Shown: piece after piece, positions 19,337 through 28,790 of the stretch
Numbering within the stretch: the stretch's first letter is position 1
Layout of the letters: each line of letters begins with the position of its first letter
NCBI GenBank assembly: GCA_963748825.1
Contig: CAVVKN010000022.1
Coordinates: forward strand, 128,001-192,000
Length of the DNA stretch: 64,000 nt
Source: Methanotrichaceae archaeon
GTDB taxonomy: Archaea; Halobacteriota; Methanosarcinia; Methanotrichales; Methanotrichaceae
Direction: 5' to 3'
Program-made: the position numbers and the translations under genes
The notes under the pieces: model-generated
The model's database searches: none
The model's input: only the letters and a program-made list of their open reading frames with translations
What the model was told of the DNA's origin: nothing

Positions 19337-20182
19337 ATGTTGGTAGCAATTACTTATCACGAGGATTTCGGAAAGCGGGGATTTAGCGTACTGAAAGAGC
19401 GAATCCGGCCATCATTCGAGAAGCTGATGGAGTCGGGACTGGTGGATGGCACAGATGTGCAGGTCTTCAAGGCAAGGCCCGCTCCTCTGGAGCTGGTGGC
19501 GCAGGCTCACACGATAGCTCACATGGCTAATATGGAGAATGATCCATACCGTGAGGTGGCAATGCTTTCCGCAGGCAGCGTGATGATGGCGGCAGAGATG
19601 GTGGCCATGGGCCAAGCCAGGAGGGCCTTCGCATATACCGGCACGGCCGGACACCATGCCTCGCGGGGCAGTTGCTGGGGATTCTGCTACTTCAACGATG
19701 TGGCTATCACCATACTGCGTCTGCGGCAGATGGGGCTGCAGCGCTTCCTTATAGTGGATGTAGATCCTCATTTTGGAGACGGTACGCGTGACTTCTTCAA
19801 AGACGATGCCGATGTATTTCATATTAACATGCACAGCGGCACTGGTGAAGAGCATGATCCAATAAAAAACAACTACGACATCGGCCTCACCTTTGGAGGC
19901 AACAATGAACGGTTCCTTGCCGCTCTCCAGAGCGCCCTTGAATTGGCCAGGGATTTTGACTTTCAGATGGCTTTTGTCATCTTCGGCCATGACTCTCACC
20001 AGGACGATTATGGTGGCTTCAATCTCACATTTGAAGCCTATCCCAGGATGACGCAATTGATAATGGACGCGGTGGGCGATAGGGGGCTGGTCTTTGTGCT
20101 GAGCGGCGGCTCATGTGCGCATGTTGCACAGCGCGTTATCCCCGATGTGATCTCCGTCTTGGCAGGAAGGTGGCAGGTTTGA
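19337..20182 (+). CDS. Zn-dependent deacetylase (histone deacetylase/AcuC/AphA family)
   Basis: GHHA, GFCYFND, DVDPHFGDGT, GHDSHQDD, LSGG. Confidence 0.9.
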   Translation: MLVAITYHEDFGKRGFSVLKERIRPSFEKLMESGLVDGTDVQVFKARPAPLELVAQAHTIAHMANMENDPYREVAMLSAGSVMMAAEMVAMGQARRAFAYTGTAGHHASRGSCWGFCYFNDVAITILRLRQMGLQRFLIVDVDPHFGDGTRDFFKDDADVFHINMHSGTGEEHDPIKNNYDIGLTFGGNNERFLAALQSALELARDFDFQMAFVIFGHDSHQDDYGGFNLTFEAYPRMTQLIMDAVGDRGLVFVLSGGSCAHVAQRVIPDVISVLAGRWQV

Positions 20183-20184
20183 GG

Positions 20185-21036
20185 ATGGCTTCTAATTGCT
20201 ATCCCTGTATCCTGGACCGGGCCAAATTCGAATGCGATCTGGTTTTTTCCAAAGAGGAGGAGAAGAAGGCGGCTATGGAGGAGCTGCTGGACTACTTAGC
20301 CTGCCACAAGGATGGAGTGTCGGCTCTGGTGGGAACGGAGCGGGAGAATATCGTCAAGAGACGCAGCGGATTATCCGATCCGTACCAAAGCTTCAAAGAG
20401 GAGAGCAACCGTGTGGCTGCGGATATTTTGCCCCTGGCCGAAGAGTTCTACGAAAAAGCTGATGACAAGATTGAGGCATTAGTTCGCATTGCTGCAGTCG
20501 CCAATTCCATGGAGTTTGGCGTCAAGGGCCATGACTTCGATAATTCAACCTTTTCCGGCGTTTTTCTAGATACGCTTCGCGAAAAGCTGCATGGCGATAT
20601 TGCCGAAGTAAAGAGGCGTCTAGGCAGCTTTAGCAATATCTTCTATCTTACAGACAATTGCGGTGAAGCTGTATTTGATCTCTTCGTAATTGGAAAGCTT
20701 GAGGAGATGGGAAAGTGTGTGGTAATAGGATCAAAGTCTGAGCCCGTCCTCAATGATGTTACCGCGAAAGAGCTTTCGGCCATGACGGAAACAAAGGTTA
20801 TTCCAACCGGAAATGTAGTGGGAACGGCCCTGGAGCACCTGGAGCCTGAGGCTTGCTCTCTCTTGTTCGATCCCAGCTGGCTGATATTGTCCAAAGGCAT
20901 GGGCAATTTTGAGACCATCTCCGAGTTCGAAGAGAAGCTGATTGGCCGGCTTATCTACATCATGAGGGCTAAGTGCGAGCCTGTGTCCATGGTGATTGGC
21001 GTGCCCAAGGGAACTCTGGTAGCAAAATCGATTTAG
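20185..21036 (+). CDS. DUF89/ARMT1-like damage-control phosphatase
   Basis: N-terminal CxxC, YLTDNCGE, PVLNDVT, SKGMGNFE, AKC. Confidence 0.9.
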   Translation: MASNCYPCILDRAKFECDLVFSKEEEKKAAMEELLDYLACHKDGVSALVGTERENIVKRRSGLSDPYQSFKEESNRVAADILPLAEEFYEKADDKIEALVRIAAVANSMEFGVKGHDFDNSTFSGVFLDTLREKLHGDIAEVKRRLGSFSNIFYLTDNCGEAVFDLFVIGKLEEMGKCVVIGSKSEPVLNDVTAKELSAMTETKVIPTGNVVGTALEHLEPEACSLLFDPSWLILSKGMGNFETISEFEEKLIGRLIYIMRAKCEPVSMVIGVPKGTLVAKSI

Positions 21037-21101
21037 TGCCTTCGAATAATATTCAAAATCATGGGATGATGAAGCATATGAATTGGATCATCATCCTTAT
21101 T

Positions 21102-21764
21102 TTATCTATAATTCATATCCACTTCTTGAGCAGCCACCTCTTCCGGTTCCTCTATAAAAGGCTCCATGAGAGTGATGTCAATGTCGAGGTGGAGAAGCTC
21201 TTTTATTGCACTCAGCAGGTTAGTTGCCGCCAGGATGTCCACAGGGTCGGCTCCCGAGCTGGCTCCAAGCAGGCAAAAGCCGCGCAGACCATATAGAGGC
21301 GCAAGCCCTGCCAGAAGGCCGTTTAGTCCGCCGATAGCGCCGCTTCGCAGCAAAGGGATTTTGCACTCACAGAGAGCCGTGGCTGAATCAAGATCTGTAG
21401 CAGTGCCCAGTATCGTCTCGTTTGTTTCTCCCACATATGCAGCGAGAGTGATCACATCCGTGACCCCTTGCTCTTTAAGGGCCTGCAGAATGTTTCCCGC
21501 CAGTTCATACATGCCTACTACATCCAGGGGCTGAGCATCACCTGAGAGAATGAGCAGGTCCTTTTTTTCCTTGGGACGCATCAGTCCTGCATGCATCAAC
21601 TCAGCTAACCCGTCACAGACCGTAACCTGGGGCGGAAAGCTGTGCGAAAAAAAGGGCATTATGGTACTGCATTCCAGGGCAGTAGCCAGGTAATCGGCAG
21701 CCACTTTGCCAACGCTTCCAATTCCCGGAAGACCGCAAATGCAGATGAAACGAGACTCAAACAT
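21102..21764 (-). CDS. PAC2-family proteasome assembly chaperone
   Basis: GLPGIGSVGKVAADYL, FPPQV, GDAQP, IGGLNGLL; C-terminal NYR. Confidence 0.9.
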   Translation of the reverse strand: MFESRFICICGLPGIGSVGKVAADYLATALECSTIMPFFSHSFPPQVTVCDGLAELMHAGLMRPKEKKDLLILSGDAQPLDVVGMYELAGNILQALKEQGVTDVITLAAYVGETNETILGTATDLDSATALCECKIPLLRSGAIGGLNGLLAGLAPLYGLRGFCLLGASSGADPVDILAATNLLSAIKELLHLDIDITLMEPFIEEPEEVAAQEVDMNYR

Positions 21765-21862
21765 CGGAATAAAGTTGGCGTGCAGCTATAACATACTTTC
21801 GCCAACCTAATTTCCGATATTTGATGCTGTGGCATTATTTATGCTAGCTTGAGGTATCTCTC

Positions 21863-22465
21863 TTATTTGCCGGCTGCCTCGATCAGCCAGTTGATCTTGA
21901 TGGTCTCATTAGTCTCCTGGATGGTGCGATCTGCAGGCAGAATCTGGCCGTTGAAGAAGATGAATGAGTTGCCTGTTCCATCGCTATTCTCCATGCCGAT
22001 GGGAGCGGCCCCGCGATCGTAGAAGACCACATAAAAGTCTCCAGTTACCGGTACAGCCGGTATCTCGATCTCACCGAATAACGGCCCGGTATCAGACAGG
22101 AAGTAATTGTTCTGCGCATCAGCAAATTTATATAGAAGATTGAGATCTTTGTCTCTTATCTCAAGCATTATATTTCTGTCTGCCGGGAATGTTTGTGTGG
22201 ACTTATTAAATCCGCTCCACGCCAAAACCCGCACCTTTTGCAGCTTCCAGCCTGCGTTTGGGGCAGTGAACTTTGCTGCCTCTCCGAAATCCAAAGAGCC
22301 AAATTCAACCAATGAAGAGAATAATGTAACGTTCATCTCCGAATAATTCTTTCCGCTATCTCCCCTCAGTGTAGTTAATTGTGATGTTGCGGTCTCCGCG
22401 GCGATAGCGTTTATGCATAGTGCTGCGCAACATAGGCAAGCAAGCAATAATATAGTCTTCTTCAA
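21863..22465 (-). CDS. Secreted hypothetical protein, paralog 1 of 3
   Basis: TTG start after GGTGA RBS; signal peptide KKTILLLACLCC; EAAKFTAPNAGWKL, EIRDKDLNLLY and FYDRG motifs shared with neighbours. Confidence 0.85.
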   Translation of the reverse strand: MKKTILLLACLCCAALCINAIAAETATSQLTTLRGDSGKNYSEMNVTLFSSLVEFGSLDFGEAAKFTAPNAGWKLQKVRVLAWSGFNKSTQTFPADRNIMLEIRDKDLNLLYKFADAQNNYFLSDTGPLFGEIEIPAVPVTGDFYVVFYDRGAAPIGMENSDGTGNSFIFFNGQILPADRTIQETNETIKINWLIEAAGK

Positions 22466-22689
22466 GTGATCACCCAAGGTCTATCAAATGATTTTTATCC
22501 ATATAAAGATTCTGATATGTACTCGATACGATTTCATGATTTAAATAACAATTAAGTTATTAAATTTGCAGGATTCCTTTTAAAGATTGAATCGAACGGC
22601 AGTGGTAATAAATCCACGTATAGATATCTGAGACAGGTCGACATTGGGCTAAATTTCCATCCGTGCCGACCACCTCAGATCAAAGAGAT

Positions 22690-23319
22690 TTAATTTCCGC
22701 TCACAGTCATTATCCAATTCAAGGGCACCGATTCGTTCTCCTTGAATAATGGCAGATTTGCAGGCAATAATGTATTTCCGTCTTCGATGTAGATGAACGA
22801 GTTCTCGCCGGTCTCATTGAGGATTTCACTGGCGATGGCAATTGCTCCACGGTCATAGAAGCATACATAAAATTCATCGCTGACTGATATTGATGGTAAA
22901 CGGACGGTAAGTGGATATGTCTCCGTAGCATTGCGGATAAAGTTGGAGTACGGGAGCTGAGAGTCAGCAAATCTATATAGTAAATTAAGGTCCTTATCCC
23001 TCACTTCAAGGGCAATTATCCGTTCTCTTGGAATAGATTCCATGGTGCCATTGAAGCCATCCCATCCCAATATTTGCACGGTATTCAGCTTCCAGCCAGG
23101 CTTTGGTGCCTTGAACTTGACAGCTTCCGCAATAAAATAAGCTGGAAGGCCCATTATCGATAGTAAATCTATGGAAACGATTCTCTTCTGAGAGAGATTT
23201 CCTTCATATGAATTCATAGCTTGATTATCTGGTGATTTTGCATCCGCGGCAGCAGATATGCCTGTCAAAGATAAAGCCAGTAAGCTTAATACAGTTATCA
23301 GCAAAACCATTTTCTTCAA
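22690..23319 (-). CDS. Secreted hypothetical protein, paralog 2 of 3
   Basis: Signal peptide; EAVKFKAPKPGWKL, EVRDKDLNLLY, FYDRG. Confidence 0.85.
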   Translation of the reverse strand: MKKMVLLITVLSLLALSLTGISAAADAKSPDNQAMNSYEGNLSQKRIVSIDLLSIMGLPAYFIAEAVKFKAPKPGWKLNTVQILGWDGFNGTMESIPRERIIALEVRDKDLNLLYRFADSQLPYSNFIRNATETYPLTVRLPSISVSDEFYVCFYDRGAIAIASEILNETGENSFIYIEDGNTLLPANLPLFKENESVPLNWIMTVSGN

Positions 23320-23428
23320 ACGATCACCTGAGATAGTTCAGATGAATTTTGTCCATATAAAGATTCTGATGGCAGGGAAGAATTTGATAAATTCAGAAAA
23401 AGGAAAAATATGAAGAGATGAATCTCTT

Positions 23429-24040
23429 CTACTCGCCGACTGCTCTGATGACCCAGTTAACTTTGGCCGTCGCGTTATTTTCAATTTTAAAATCAGCAGG
23501 AATCAGCTGACTATTCAGGTCATTGTATTGATAGGAATTTCCTGTTCCATTTTCCAATTCTACCCCGATCCTCATGGTGCTTCGATCATAGAAGATGATG
23601 TAGAAATCGCCTGTTAATGAAAGAGCCGGAATATCTATGGTTCTGAGAATGGGCATTGGGTTTGTAAAATAGGCGTTTTGTGTATCTGCAAGTCGGTAAA
23701 GAAGGTTCAGATCGTTATCTCTTATCTCAATGAGAAAATTACCCGAGGCAGGAACCGTCCTGGTGGTTTCATTGAAACCGTTCCAGCCCAACACCTGTAT
23801 CTGCTTCAATTTCCATCCAGACTTTGGTGCCGTGAATTTGACTGCTTCGCCTATGCTAAATGCATAAACGCCCCAGTCCTGGGCGGCAGAATACAAGCTT
23901 ATATTCGTGTTGTTTGATGCAGTATCCTGCTGGAGGACCATCATACCTGGGTTGGCACTAGTTGCACCATTTTGAGCTACTGCCATGCCTATTAGAGCTA
24001 AGAAACAGAAGGCTGAAATCAATAAAATCATCTTTTTCAT
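23429..24040 (-). CDS. Secreted hypothetical protein, paralog 3 of 3
   Basis: Signal peptide; EAVKFTAPKSGWKL, EIRDNDLNLLY, FYDRS. Confidence 0.85.
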   Translation of the reverse strand: MKKMILLISAFCFLALIGMAVAQNGATSANPGMMVLQQDTASNNTNISLYSAAQDWGVYAFSIGEAVKFTAPKSGWKLKQIQVLGWNGFNETTRTVPASGNFLIEIRDNDLNLLYRLADTQNAYFTNPMPILRTIDIPALSLTGDFYIIFYDRSTMRIGVELENGTGNSYQYNDLNSQLIPADFKIENNATAKVNWVIRAVGE

Positions 24041-24123
24041 GCTATCACCCGTGTAAGGGAATTAATTTGATCTTTATATAGATGATGCTAGATTGCATAG
24101 GCTGAGATCGACGCAAGAAATAA

Positions 24124-25089
24124 TTATAAAAATTTAAAGCACGTGCAGTCAAATACACCCTGCACGCTTCTTCCCGTCTTATCTCCAGCATTCATATCTG
24201 AAAAGCCGCCGTTGCAGCAGGGCAGCCATGCATCTTCCTTCTCTTCTTCGTCCTCGTAGCTGTACATAGTTAGATTCTGTTTTATGTGATACGTTCCAAA
24301 GTAGTCTTCATCCAGCACAAAGATGGGATTATGCCACGATTTCATAGCCGGGCCAAGGACGGAAGCTTCCTCAGGCTCTTCTGCTCCCAAGTGTTCATCT
24401 TCTGATCCACCATCTGATTCCTCGCCTGATTCCTCATCTCGCGGAATTCCGACCGTCTGCAAGGCTGCAAAATGGGCTTTGCCTTGAGTCATGTCTTCAT
24501 CCAATTTCATAGTGGTATTGAAGCCATCTGACGACGCATCTAGAATTAAATTCAGGCCCTTTGCACCCTCAATCCTGTTATTAATAAAATTCAGGCCATT
24601 GCGGTTCTTTATCCAGGTATTCTCAAAAAGCCGGGAATTGAAAACAATGGCATGGGTGGCATAGTATCGCGATCCTATGGGCAATTCCAAAGAGCCATAG
24701 GTCATTTTATGATCTTCATCTATCTCGATTATGCTGGTCGTCTCTTCATCATCTTCTATTATCTCTCCATCTTTATCATAGGCGCCATTGACCCAGGTCC
24801 TGTTATTGTATGAACTCTCGGCATACATCAGGGAATTTGCATCAATCTCGCCGCTTCCGTGAGCATTATTTTTTGCCTCGACGCCGTTGTAGAGCAGCCC
24901 CTCCTCTCCAATTGCATCCGGCATAGATGAATGCCTGTAGGTAGCAAAGAAGCCTGTTCCGCTCACGCGTTGCTGCATGTCGAATGTAAGATTTTTCTCT
25001 TCGATGGTGCTTGGATCTTCGTATGGTACCTTGTCGCTTTCGCTGCCCGCAGAGCTCATTCCTACAAGAATAAAAAGCATCAACAACAC
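24124..25089 (-). CDS. Secreted acidic protein with C-terminal WLPCC...FDCTC motif
   Basis: Signal peptide (true start may be CTG at 25104 after GGAGG); acidic tracts; C-terminal Cys cluster. Confidence 0.8.
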   Translation of the reverse strand: MLLMLFILVGMSSAGSESDKVPYEDPSTIEEKNLTFDMQQRVSGTGFFATYRHSSMPDAIGEEGLLYNGVEAKNNAHGSGEIDANSLMYAESSYNNRTWVNGAYDKDGEIIEDDEETTSIIEIDEDHKMTYGSLELPIGSRYYATHAIVFNSRLFENTWIKNRNGLNFINNRIEGAKGLNLILDASSDGFNTTMKLDEDMTQGKAHFAALQTVGIPRDEESGEESDGGSEDEHLGAEEPEEASVLGPAMKSWHNPIFVLDEDYFGTYHIKQNLTMYSYEDEEEKEDAWLPCCNGGFSDMNAGDKTGRSVQGVFDCTCFKFL

Positions 25090-25146
25090 AATCCCCCTTC
25101 TCAGATTAACCCCTCCCCTTTAGAACAAACTTCTTTATTTAGTATG

Positions 25147-25200
25147 TAATGTAATATTATTTTAAGATATCTGAGCATATCTTAAATAAGGATGACATTA
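25147..25200. promoter_or_regulatory. Extended dyad, candidate operator upstream of the Ni/Co ECF operon
   Basis: TAATGT-N8-TTTAAGATAT-N6-ATATCTTAAA-N8-ACATTA. Confidence 0.45.
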
Positions 25201-25458
25201 ACAAATAATTTTTGTAATCTAATATTAACAAAGTGAACAGAAATTTAATTTATTATAAATTATAATTCGTTTTCATTTACAAAACCAGGGAGAAATGCAC
25301 ATCCCCTTCAAACGATGAATTATTATGCATCCAATAAGATCTTAATTATATTCATTCTTAACACGTCTATTACATAAAAATGATACATTCTTCATACTTG
25401 GTATGTATGTCCGACATCCTTTTATAATTAACGGATATTTCTATGATTTGGTGAGATA

Positions 25459-26178
25459 ATGCATATTCCTGATGGCTACCTGGGGCCATATACCTATATC
25501 GCAATGTGGATCATCATGATCCCCATCTGGTATTATGCGGGAAAAAGACTCGGCAGAGAGCTGAGGTCAAAGCAAGTTCCCCTGCTGGCTATGTCGGCCG
25601 CCTTTTCCTTTGTAATTATGATGTTCAACATCCCTATCCCTGGGGGCAGCACCGGCCACGCTGTGGGCGGAGCGATAATCGGTATCGTCCTGGGGCCCTG
25701 GGCAGGAGTAATTGCCATATCCGTTGCCCTTGTCCTCCAGGCGCTCATGTTCGGAGACGGAGGGATTACAGCTATTGCAGCCAACTGCTTTAATATGGCT
25801 GTAATAATGCCTTTCAGCGCCTACTATGTCTACAAATATATCAGCGGCAATACAGGGTTCACCTCTTCTCGACGGGTCATCGGCGCAGCCATAGCCGGTT
25901 ATATCTCTCTTATCCTTGCAGCAGGTTTCACCGGTCTCATGTTCGGTATTCAACCCTTGCTGCACCAAAGTGCCGAAGGAGTGCCGTTATACATGCCCTA
26001 TGGCCTGAATGTGGCACTTCCGGCCATGCTCCTGGAACATGTCCTGGGATTCGGCATCCTTGAGGCTGTGATCACAGCTTTAATCTTCGTCTATATCCAG
26101 AAAACCGATACTTCTCTGCTTTACGGAGCGAAAACCAGACTGCAGGATAGCAGGAGCAAGAAAGCTGCCGCTCCCTGA
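25459..26178 (+). CDS. cbiM: Ni/Co ECF transporter S component (CbiM/NikM)
   Basis: MHIPDGYL N-terminus, GGSTGHAVGG, QALMFGDGG. Confidence 0.95.
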   Translation: MHIPDGYLGPYTYIAMWIIMIPIWYYAGKRLGRELRSKQVPLLAMSAAFSFVIMMFNIPIPGGSTGHAVGGAIIGIVLGPWAGVIAISVALVLQALMFGDGGITAIAANCFNMAVIMPFSAYYVYKYISGNTGFTSSRRVIGAAIAGYISLILAAGFTGLMFGIQPLLHQSAEGVPLYMPYGLNVALPAMLLEHVLGFGILEAVITALIFVYIQKTDTSLLYGAKTRLQDSRSKKAAAP

Positions 26179-26187
26179 GGAAAGACT

Positions 26188-26502
26188 ATGGATAAGACTA
26201 CAAAAAAATTAGCCATCGGCCTGATGTTGTTGATAATTCTAACCCCACTCGGCCTTTTAGCCGTAGGCGAGACATTCGGTGAGTGGGGGCCGGAGGAGGT
26301 CAAGGAGAAGCTGGGATTTGTGCCTCCCGGCCTGGAAAGGCTCTCCGGTCTTTGGAGTGCCCCGTTGCCTGGTTATGCCTTTTCCGGAGGCGACGAGTCC
26401 ATGACCGTAGCCGCAGCAGTGTACATTCTATCGGCAGTTATCGGTGTAGTCGTATGCGGTGGCCTGCTTTACTTCATAGGAAAGAAGGTCGCCAAAGACT
26501 AA
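26188..26502 (+). CDS. PDGLE-domain ECF accessory component (NikN/CbiN-like)
   Basis: Two TM segments flanking FGEWG...PPGLE...APLPGY. Confidence 0.85.
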   Translation: MDKTTKKLAIGLMLLIILTPLGLLAVGETFGEWGPEEVKEKLGFVPPGLERLSGLWSAPLPGYAFSGGDESMTVAAAVYILSAVIGVVVCGGLLYFIGKKVAKD

Positions 26503-26510
26503 GGAGAACG

Positions 26511-27449
26511 ATGATACCGGACTGGATGAAAGAAGTGGATGCGGATCAATGCAAATGCTCTGCGGTACATCATGGCAAAAAGGGATTTGTAGGAAAGACC
26601 ATTGATGGAATTTTCGGCTTTCTGGAGGAGGCTTTTATTTCAGAGAGCTTCTCTAAGCGCCGCGGCCTTCTGCAGAGCCTGGACCCAAGAGTTAAGCTGG
26701 TTTCCATCCTGGCCGTTATATTCGCCACCAGCCTGATTGGCGACCTGAGGGTGCTGATCTTCATCTATGCATTGACCCTGTTGTTTTCCTATCTCAGCAA
26801 GATTGAAGTGGGATTTTTCATCAAGCGTGTCTGGCTCTTCATACCCATCTTTGCCGGCATTATCGCCGTGCCCATGATATTCAATGTCTTTTTACCCGGC
26901 GATCCTCTCTACCAGGTGGCGTACCTTGGCCCAGGGGCACACCTGGGGCCTTTTTCCCTGCCGGAGAGCATCTTCATCACCAAACAGGGCGCGAATGCCG
27001 CGGTGATCTTCACTATGCGCGTGGCAACCTGCGTCTCTGCCGTGGTGCTGCTATTTCTCACCACACCGCAGCTTATCCTCTTCAAGTCCCTTCGCACGGT
27101 GGGCGTTCCCAAGCTCTATGTCCTCACGCTGCAGATGGCCTATCGATACATCTTCCTGCTCATGGACCTGATACGAGAGATGTATGTTGCCAAGAAAGCC
27201 CGGACCATCAAAGCCAGAGGAATGGTTGATGAGCAGAAGTGGGTAGGAGGACGCATAGGATATACACTCATAAGGTCTCTCTCCATGAGCGAAAAGGTAC
27301 ATATGGCCATGATGTCCAGGGGCTTTAACGGCGAAGTTCATATCATGCAGGAATTCAAAATGGCAAATCGCGACTATCTGGCAGGAATAGTGGCTATATC
27401 CTTGAGTGTGGTGCTGGTGTTGATCTCCCAAAATGTGATCCGGGTATAA
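26511..27449 (+). CDS. cbiQ: ECF transporter T component (CbiQ/NikQ)
   Basis: LDPRVKL, YRYIFLL, AMMSRGF; ATG at 26511 after AAGGAG. Confidence 0.92.
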   Translation: MIPDWMKEVDADQCKCSAVHHGKKGFVGKTIDGIFGFLEEAFISESFSKRRGLLQSLDPRVKLVSILAVIFATSLIGDLRVLIFIYALTLLFSYLSKIEVGFFIKRVWLFIPIFAGIIAVPMIFNVFLPGDPLYQVAYLGPGAHLGPFSLPESIFITKQGANAAVIFTMRVATCVSAVVLLFLTTPQLILFKSLRTVGVPKLYVLTLQMAYRYIFLLMDLIREMYVAKKARTIKARGMVDEQKWVGGRIGYTLIRSLSMSEKVHMAMMSRGFNGEVHIMQEFKMANRDYLAGIVAISLSVVLVLISQNVIRV

Positions 27450-27451
27450 AA

Positions 27452-28294
27452 ATGGAATCTACAATGCAAGCTATATTTGATTTGAGGAATGTCTCTTACT
27501 CCTACGTGGGAAAGATCGATGCACTAAAGGATGTAACCCTGAAGATAAATCGGGGTGAGCAGGTCACCATTATCGGATCCAATGGCTGCGGCAAATCGAC
27601 ATTATTGGCCATTTTGGATGGACTTGTTTATCCCACCTCAGGCGAATTCTATGCCTTTGATAATCTGATAAGCGAAGAGGTCTTTGATGCCATTAAAGAC
27701 AACGAATTCCGGTCTTATTTCCGGACGAAGGTGGGATTCGTCTTTCAAAACTCGGATGTTCAGCTCTTCTCTTCTACGGTCTATGAGGAGATTGCCTTCG
27801 GACCACTGCAGCTTAGCCTGCCGCTTGAGGAGGTCAAAGCCAGGGTGGAGGATGTCATGGAGATGATGCAGATCGGCAAGCTGCGCGATCGCTCGCCTCA
27901 TACTCTCTCCGGGGGAGAAAAGAAGAAGGTGTGCATAGCAACAGTCCTGGTCAACAACCCCGATGTGCTCTTGCTGGATGAGCCCTCCGCTGGCCTGGAT
28001 CCCAGAACTCAGCTCTGGCTGGTCGAGCTTCTCCAGGAATTAGGCCATGCGGGCAAGACGGTGATAACGGCGACCCATGACCTGGAGATCATCGATCAGA
28101 TCAGCAAGAGAGCCATCGTCATGGGCGAGGACCACAGCGTTAAGATGGACAGGGATTCCGAGAGTGTGCTGAGCGACTACGAACTGCTGCTATCTTCCAA
28201 TCTGGTGCACGAGCATACCCATCTGCACGGCAAGCTGGTACATGAGCATCTGCATGTGCATGGAGTTGAGCACAAGCATCATGACAAAGAGTAA
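27452..28294 (+). CDS. cbiO: ECF transporter ATPase (CbiO/NikO) with His-rich tail
   Basis: GSNGCGKST, LSGGEKKK, LLLDEP; C-terminal HEHTHLHG...HEHLHVH. Confidence 0.93.
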   Translation: MESTMQAIFDLRNVSYSYVGKIDALKDVTLKINRGEQVTIIGSNGCGKSTLLAILDGLVYPTSGEFYAFDNLISEEVFDAIKDNEFRSYFRTKVGFVFQNSDVQLFSSTVYEEIAFGPLQLSLPLEEVKARVEDVMEMMQIGKLRDRSPHTLSGGEKKKVCIATVLVNNPDVLLLDEPSAGLDPRTQLWLVELLQELGHAGKTVITATHDLEIIDQISKRAIVMGEDHSVKMDRDSESVLSDYELLLSSNLVHEHTHLHGKLVHEHLHVHGVEHKHHDKE

Positions 28295-28300
28295 GGCTAT

Positions 28301-28726
28301 TTAATATTTTCCTAATAATTTTGCCAGGCTCCCGTGCATTGTGTGGATATTGAAGCCGTGGCTTAGATACATCATGGGGCATTTTCCTGCAATGCATGGC
28401 ATTTGGAGCTCTGCGCATTTCTGTTTAGCTTGATCTGTCTCCGTCCTCCAGTGGATCCAGCATTTTTTGATGCCTTTCTTATTGAGCTCAACAATTGCAT
28501 TTTCCGTGTTTTCTTTTTTCAGCCCGATAATGGCACAATCGATATCTTGCGGGAGATCAGAGATGCTTTGTATCATCTCCTTGTCGGGGCTATCCGACAA
28601 ATCAACAACATGAACCTTCTTTCCTCTCCGGGCCAATTCGTCTATCGTCAGTTTCATGGCCGGTTTGGTCTTATCTGTGACAATCGCATAGCTACTATTT
28701 TCCCAGAACGACTCTTGCTCCAGCAT
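28301..28726 (-). CDS. CoA-binding domain protein
   Basis: Rossmann-like fold, GIKKCWIH, GKCPMMYL...H..HG. Confidence 0.75.
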   Translation of the reverse strand: MLEQESFWENSSYAIVTDKTKPAMKLTIDELARRGKKVHVVDLSDSPDKEMIQSISDLPQDIDCAIIGLKKENTENAIVELNKKGIKKCWIHWRTETDQAKQKCAELQMPCIAGKCPMMYLSHGFNIHTMHGSLAKLLGKY

Positions 28727-28790
28727 ATCGCAACACTCCGTTCATAGAAATTGGAACTCAAAGTATAAAAATAAGGCCGCAGATGATGCT

